Shown: piece after piece, positions 58,381 to 64,000 of the stretch
Position numbering within the stretch: the first letter of the stretch is position 1
Layout: the number at the start of each line of letters is the position of its first letter
Assembly: GCF_009914755.1 (NCBI RefSeq)
Contig: NC_060930.1
Length of the DNA: 64,000 bases
DNA from: the human T2T-CHM13v2.0 reference genome, Homo sapiens
Reading direction: 5' to 3' (one strand)
Translations under genes and position numbers: made by a program
Notes under the pieces: model-generated
Told to the model about the DNA's origin: nothing
Database searches by the model: none
What the model saw: only the letters and a program-made list of their open reading frames with translations

Positions 58381-58630
58381 TCCCCTCCAGCGCCCCACTG
58401 AGTCTATGCATTCCAAACCTGTCCTTTGTAGGACAGGCTCCAGCCATCAGTACTGTCGTTTGAGGTACAGACAAAGAGTTAAGAGTAATTACTTGACAGA
58501 TGACAGCAGAAACAACAGATGCTGAGTGAATCTAAAAGGAAAACTGCAGGGAGGGGTTGAGGGTGTCAAGGATGGAACATTGAGGACATCCAGAGGGGAA
58601 TAAAAGAAGCCCCACTCTTAAGAAACATCA

Positions 58631-58972
<342 letters not shown>

Positions 58973-60149
58973 TCACATTGTAACTCAAATATGTCCCCCG
59001 CCTTGAGCAGCCTTTCTTGACTCCCCAGGCAGAGCTGAAGGCCTCAATTACAGGATTAGAAATCACCGGATGCCTGTGCTAAGAGCCTCCCCCACGAGAA
59101 TCTGAACTCGTTTTGTGCCTCCAGCACCAGATGCCTACCTGGTAAGCCCTTGGCAAAACTGTGCTGAATGTTTAACATGGTATCACGGACAGTGAATTAG
59201 GAACTTGGAGAGGAAGTGGCTGCTTTCTTCTGGAAGATCTAATCAAGACTTTACACAGGAGGTGAGGTTTGCGAGATAGAAAAAGGTATTTCAGTTTATC
59301 CAGGAAGTTAGCACGATGGCCCAGCAAGGAACAGCAGTGGTGTGGAAAAACGGAGGGCGAGGCCCGAAGGAAGCGAGGAAGGGAAGCCCGGCAGGAGTGC
59401 TGGGTTGTGGTGCTGAAAAGTAGGCTAGCACTGGGCAGCCGAAGACAGCAGCGAGGCAAAGGAAGAGTTGTTCCCTCCCCTCCAGGACCGGTGATGGGAA
59501 GCGGGGTGGAGGTTGGGGTGGATGTCTAAAAGAAACGAGGAACAGCCGGGCAACGGAAAGTAGTTGCTTTGGAGAACGTGGTTGAGGCTGGAAGCAGGAG
59601 TTGATGGGTAAAAGGATGAGGAGAGCTCATACCTGTAGTTCTTTTCATTTCCATGTACGACGCAAATTACCGAGCTCCAAAAAGGAGATGAGCCCAAAAC
59701 CTTAACAATCAGAGGCTAAAAATGGACTAATCAGTGAGGTGTAAGCCAAGAAGTTAATGAGGTAGGAGGCACAACACGGTCGAGAGTTATAAGACAAACC
59801 CAGGTTATTACTTGGGTCCTCGAGGATCCAATTAACTTCTCATTAAGTGGGGCTGGGTGCTCGGCTTCTCAACTGGCGCCAGCCTCCCAGCCCCCAGCCA
59901 ACGCCTGGAATGAGACTCCAGGGAAATTCGGCCAGCTGGTGGATCTTCAGCGAGATGAAGGCAGTGGCGTGGACAGGCCATTCACGGCGATACCCACCCA
60001 ACTCTGTCCAGGCCTTAAGCAGAAGGCTGGGAGCAGCACAGCACATCAATGGCAGCCACAACGCCTTCCTTTCCCTTTCCCTTTCCCTGCCTATCACGCA
60101 AACACTCCCCTACTAAAGTGTATCCTCCGTGAGAACAGGGCTCCGTCCT

Positions 60150-61110
60150 TCTTCACGGGATGCGCGGAGCCTAGAAGGGCGCCCGGCCACGGCGACCCCC
60201 AAGTACTGGCTGAATAGTGAATGAACTCCGCTTGGCCGCACTTCAGTCTATCTGGGCACTGAAAGATGCGACCCGTGGAGCCGCCTAAGAGAGCACAGGG
60301 GGAAGAGAAGAAGCGGAAGCCTCCGGAGGTCCCAGCGAGGCGGCCTGCGGGACCTGAGCGCCGGGCTCCGTAGCGCGGTCGGGAGGGGGCTTCTGGTCCC
60401 AGGCCCAAGACCGACCGCTTTGCAACTGACCTTCCGGCGGGGGCGCCCGCGCGGGGCACAGCAGCCAGGCTCCGGCGTCCCGCTCCCGCCGCCCCCCGGC
60501 GGCGCCCGGCGACCGCTGCGCACGTAGGTCACCTGCCTCCTGCTGGCGCCGCGCGGCTGGCCCGGCGCGGGCGGCAGGTGCGGCCCAGGTGGCCGCCAGG
60601 CCGGGCCCGGCGGGGCGCTGCGGGTGGGGGACCCGGGCCCGGCGCGCCGCAGCTCTGCGCAGAGCCGCAGGCCGAACAACAGCACGGCCCCGAGTAGACA
60701 CCGGCGCAGGACGCCGCAGCCCCTCCCGGGCGGCCTCTCCCGGGCCATGGCGCTACACTCGGGGTCCCGCGGGCCGCGCCTGGCCGGCAGCAGGGATGTA
60801 GCCCCACAGGCCGGAGCGGCCAACTGTGGGAACTCCCCCGCGGGCCGGGGTGCGGGCTCGGACCCGCCTCCCTCCCTCCCGACCGAGGAAGCCCCGGCGT
60901 AACCTTATCCTGCCCTGCCGAGCGCGCCCCGCCGCTGGAACGGTGGTGGGCCGAACGCGGTCACAGGGGGCCCTCTCCGCCCCTCCGGAGGTGCCAGGGC
61001 CCGGCTGTGCAGGGTCCCTCAAGAGGTGCCCTCCGCCCCGGCCTCCAAAGCCTGACGGAGCTGAAAGACATAGGGCCAGAAAAAGCGCATTCCTAACGGG
61101 ATCCCGGGCC
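60150..61110 (-). promoter_or_regulatory. METTL24: CpG island / METTL24 promoter and first exon
   Basis: Very high GC and CpG density around the ATG. GC boxes (GGGGCGGAG on minus) at 60975-60983 and 61031-61039. No obvious TATA box next to the island core. Confidence 0.9.
60431..60748 (-). CDS. METTL24: METTL24 coding exon 1 (aa 1-106: basic N-terminus, hydrophobic signal/anchor, Pro/Gly/Arg-rich stem)
   Basis: ATG at 60748 in strong Kozak context (gcgccATGG). Translates [33 protein letters not shown]...PRGRPRRK. Donor AAG|GTCAGT at 60431/60430; 318 nt, phase 0. Matches my recall of the METTL24 (C6orf186) protein. Confidence 0.95.
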
Positions 61111-62214
61111 ATAACTTCATTTTCTGGTATTAGTGTTGTTGGAGAACCACAGGAGGAGGGTAGGTGAGCATACAAGGAACAGTCAAGCAGTTTGCACCAT
61201 TAAGCACAATATAAAAATAAATAGCACTTATGCCCGGGCTTACAACTTCTCTCTCTCTCTCAAGAAAGAAAGGGATTGGGGGGCGAAGAGAATAGCACTC
61301 AATGCAGAATAATCAAATTAGAGTTATTCTATGTCTAAATTCTGCCTGAAGCCAATTCGTGCTTTCTTTCCGTGTTATGAAATGTGTGGGGGTGAAGAAG
61401 AAGAGGGAAAAAGCCAGCTAAGACATCTGACAGCGGGTTGGTGAGGAGGGGGGAGAGAGAACAGAAGTTACCATGGCATGATGTAAATCAAATTAATTTA
61501 GCTCCAAACACACACCTCCCTGCTGTCTCGCAGAAATACAGAGGGACAAATTTATCTTTCGGCAAAATGCTCCCCAGCTGGTATTTCCATCACCACCTTG
61601 ACCTTAATTAATCAGACTGAACTCTCACAGCCTGAAGTCCAGTGGTGGATGTTCCATTTTCAATTGTTAGTAGAATCCTTTCCCACAACCCATTTGGGGT
61701 GGGTTTGGGTTTTAGGTTTGAGTTTGGGTTTAGATTTTTTTAAGCTGTAGTCACTTTTCTTTTTTTCCTTGCTTTACTCTTGCATTTTCCATGCTTCCAT
61801 GGGAGACTGCGCCTGTAGACCTATCCTCTTCCCCCGTAACAGCCTACAGCATGGACAAGAGAGAACAAATATGGGGCCCTACCCCCCTGCCCTTTTGAAT
61901 GTTGGGTATTTTCCGTAGGGAGCCCTCGTCTCTAAAATCCTCTTCTCTTCCTGGCTTAAGAAAGACCCAATTTATTCCCTGCTAGTGAACAAAGCACTTG
62001 GGCTGTTTCTCTACATTTAACAAAATATCTCCACCCAGTCTAGTCCACCCCCTGGCCACACCAGATCCTCAGGCTCCTGAACGTTCCATTAGGATTGACT
62101 TTTGCTTTTTTCTTAGATGAGTCCAGGGGATATTGCAGATGGGTTCTATTTTAACAAATTTAAACAAGTACGAGTTTTTCCTTACACAAACTGAGAGCCA
62201 GCCTCACATCCTGT

Positions 62215-62420
62215 GACTATTTACTTGAACTGTGTTTGAACCAGGACCCTGCCGTTCAAGCACTATGAGACTTTCAACGAAGTACTGGACCTCTCTGAGT
62301 TTCCGTTTTCCCATGAATAAACAGATCTATATATATGGCAGGATTATAAATGTTGCATAAAATATTATATGTTTCATGCCCAAATAATACTGGCTCACAG
62401 AAGGGTCTCAATAGTAATTA
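62215..62420 (+). mobile_element. MIR
   Basis: Core-like acctctctgagtttccgttttcccatgaataa. Confidence 0.55.
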
Positions 62421-63510
62421 TTTTGTTATTTACCATGGAAGAAAATCCTGGATGTTGTCATGAAAAACAAAAGGTAAGCATTGATTCCAAAGTGGGCAAA
62501 GATAAAGTATAAGGAAATTTACAAATAATTTATACAGCATTCTCTGGAATTCAGAGTACCCAATAATTTCAAGAAAATAACAATTAATCATCAAGAAACG
62601 AACTCTGTTAAGTTGTATAAGGCTCTTTAAGACAGAGTTTGTAGGGTGCTTGATAAACCTGGATTGGTAATGTCTGATGTAGACTTTGCTGGAAGTTTTA
62701 TTTTCTATGCAGTCAACACAGTGCCGCTAACTAGAGAAGTCATATTTTGAAGATCATGGTGCCACTAGTGCGTACCCTCTGCTCCTCTGTTGAGTTTCTC
62801 TCTGGGGGTGGGTGGGGAAGCATAAGCACTCTCCTATATTATTAAAATGGGGATATTTAATAAGACTCTGGGCTGGGGGTGGAGGATGGAGTGGGGGTGC
62901 ATACAAAACAGTGTAGCTCTTGAAGAGAATGGGCAGGATGACCTCATATTTTCCTTTATCTCATTTCTACAGTTCTCTAATAAAATGTTTTCATTATGGA
63001 AAAAAATTCAAATTACATGGAATATTTAAATAGCCTTTTATCTTTTGCAGTTGTGTTTATGTCTATGTGTTTATTACTAATAAAAAAGAACCGTTTATAT
63101 GTATGTAGCATCAATTTTCTGGAAGAAACCTATTTTTAACTTCCACACAGTATTTTCCTGTGTGGTGGATGATAATGAATAGTAAAATGGGTCAGTCTGT
63201 GGGCTGAAGAGGCAAATCTAATGGATCACTGTTGTAGCTGACAAGCAATCTTTCATTCACGACCTTTGCTTTTCTTATAGAGTTGAACTTGTCTCAGTCC
63301 TTTCTGGATGTGTCTCAAAAATGCAGATAATCATTAACCGCTGTGTCATAGGCTGGTTAATTAAACAAGCAGGTCAGTAAACCACAATAGCGGCTTTCAT
63401 CAGATCACAGATTACATCCTCCTAGAGGTTTTAGCCAGAAAAATGTGTGAAACAGAACATTTCTAATCTCCTAAACAACATGCATTTCAACTTGGACACC
63501 TGCTGTAGTG

Positions 63511-63728
63511 CTGTGATTCTCAACCAGGGTTGGTTTTGCCTCCCAGGGGACATTTGGCAATGTCTGAAGATGTTTTTGGTTGTTACCACTGGAGGATGCT
63601 ACTGGCGTCTAATGGCTACCTATTAGACTAGGGATGCAGCTAAGCCTCCTCCAGTGCAAAAGATAGCCTTCCACAACAAAGACTTGTCCAGCCCAGAATG
63701 TCAGGAGAGCCTAAGTTGAGAAAACCTG
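63511..63728 (+). mobile_element. MER20 (hAT-Charlie)
   Basis: ggggacatttggcaatgtctgaagatgtttttggttg...gctactggcgtcta...agttgagaaaacctg. Confidence 0.85.
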
Positions 63729-63850
63729 CTGTAACTATAGATGCCAATGTGGTCATTTTAAATTATAGACTGTCCAAAGAGAAAACAGAGCCGATAGTAT
63801 CCTCACCTTCATCAAGTGGTTATTTATATCTCACAATGTGACATACCCAG

Positions 63851-64000
63851 TGTGTTAGTCCTTTTTTGTGTCACTATAAAGAAATACCTGAGGCTAAGTA
63901 ATGTATAACAAAAAGAGGTTTAATTGGCTCTTGGTTCTGCATGCTGTACATGAAGCATAGTGCCAGCATCTGCTTTTGGTGAGGCCTCAGGAAGTTTACA
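63851..64000 (-). mobile_element. MST-family MaLR LTR (partial, runs off the window)
   Basis: tgtgttagtcc...ctataaagaaatacctgaggct...gaggtttaattggctc. Confidence 0.8.

Noticed and set aside
60248-60823. 191-aa ORF extending exon 1 on both sides
   Set aside because: The 3' part is intron read-through past a good donor. The 25-codon upstream TTG extension has weak context, and open frames are expected in GC-rich DNA.

Overview
Primate (very likely human) genomic DNA. It carries the CpG-island promoter and coding exons 1-4 of METTL24 on the minus strand: 60431-60748, 25226-25324, 17790-17929 and 1370-1598. All have GT-AG junctions and splice in frame to give residues 1-262; the last exon lies off the left edge. 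Exon 3 is missing from the ORF track and was found by reading the reverse strand. The rest is intron and upstream sequence filled with interspersed repeats (about 17 Alus, several L1s, ERV/MaLR solo LTRs, MER2/MER5/MER20/MER45/MER58 DNA transposons, L2/MIR) and simple repeats. Nearly all other ORFs in the track are repeat-derived or chance. There is no CRISPR array, rRNA or tRNA, and I found no clearly new multi-gene system. The best leads are: the membrane-anchored/secreted architecture of the orphan methyltransferase; a tiny (about 53 nt) double-hairpin RNA retrocopy with poly(A) and TSD inside a MER45A; an L1 target site reused by an Alu (three TSD copies); an internally deleted L1PA7-like element; a twin-primed L1; a palindromic templated insertion; an Alu-embedded (TTTTA)16; and several candidate regulatory clusters. 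Repeat subfamily names come from my recall of consensus sequences and need RepeatMasker/Dfam confirmation.
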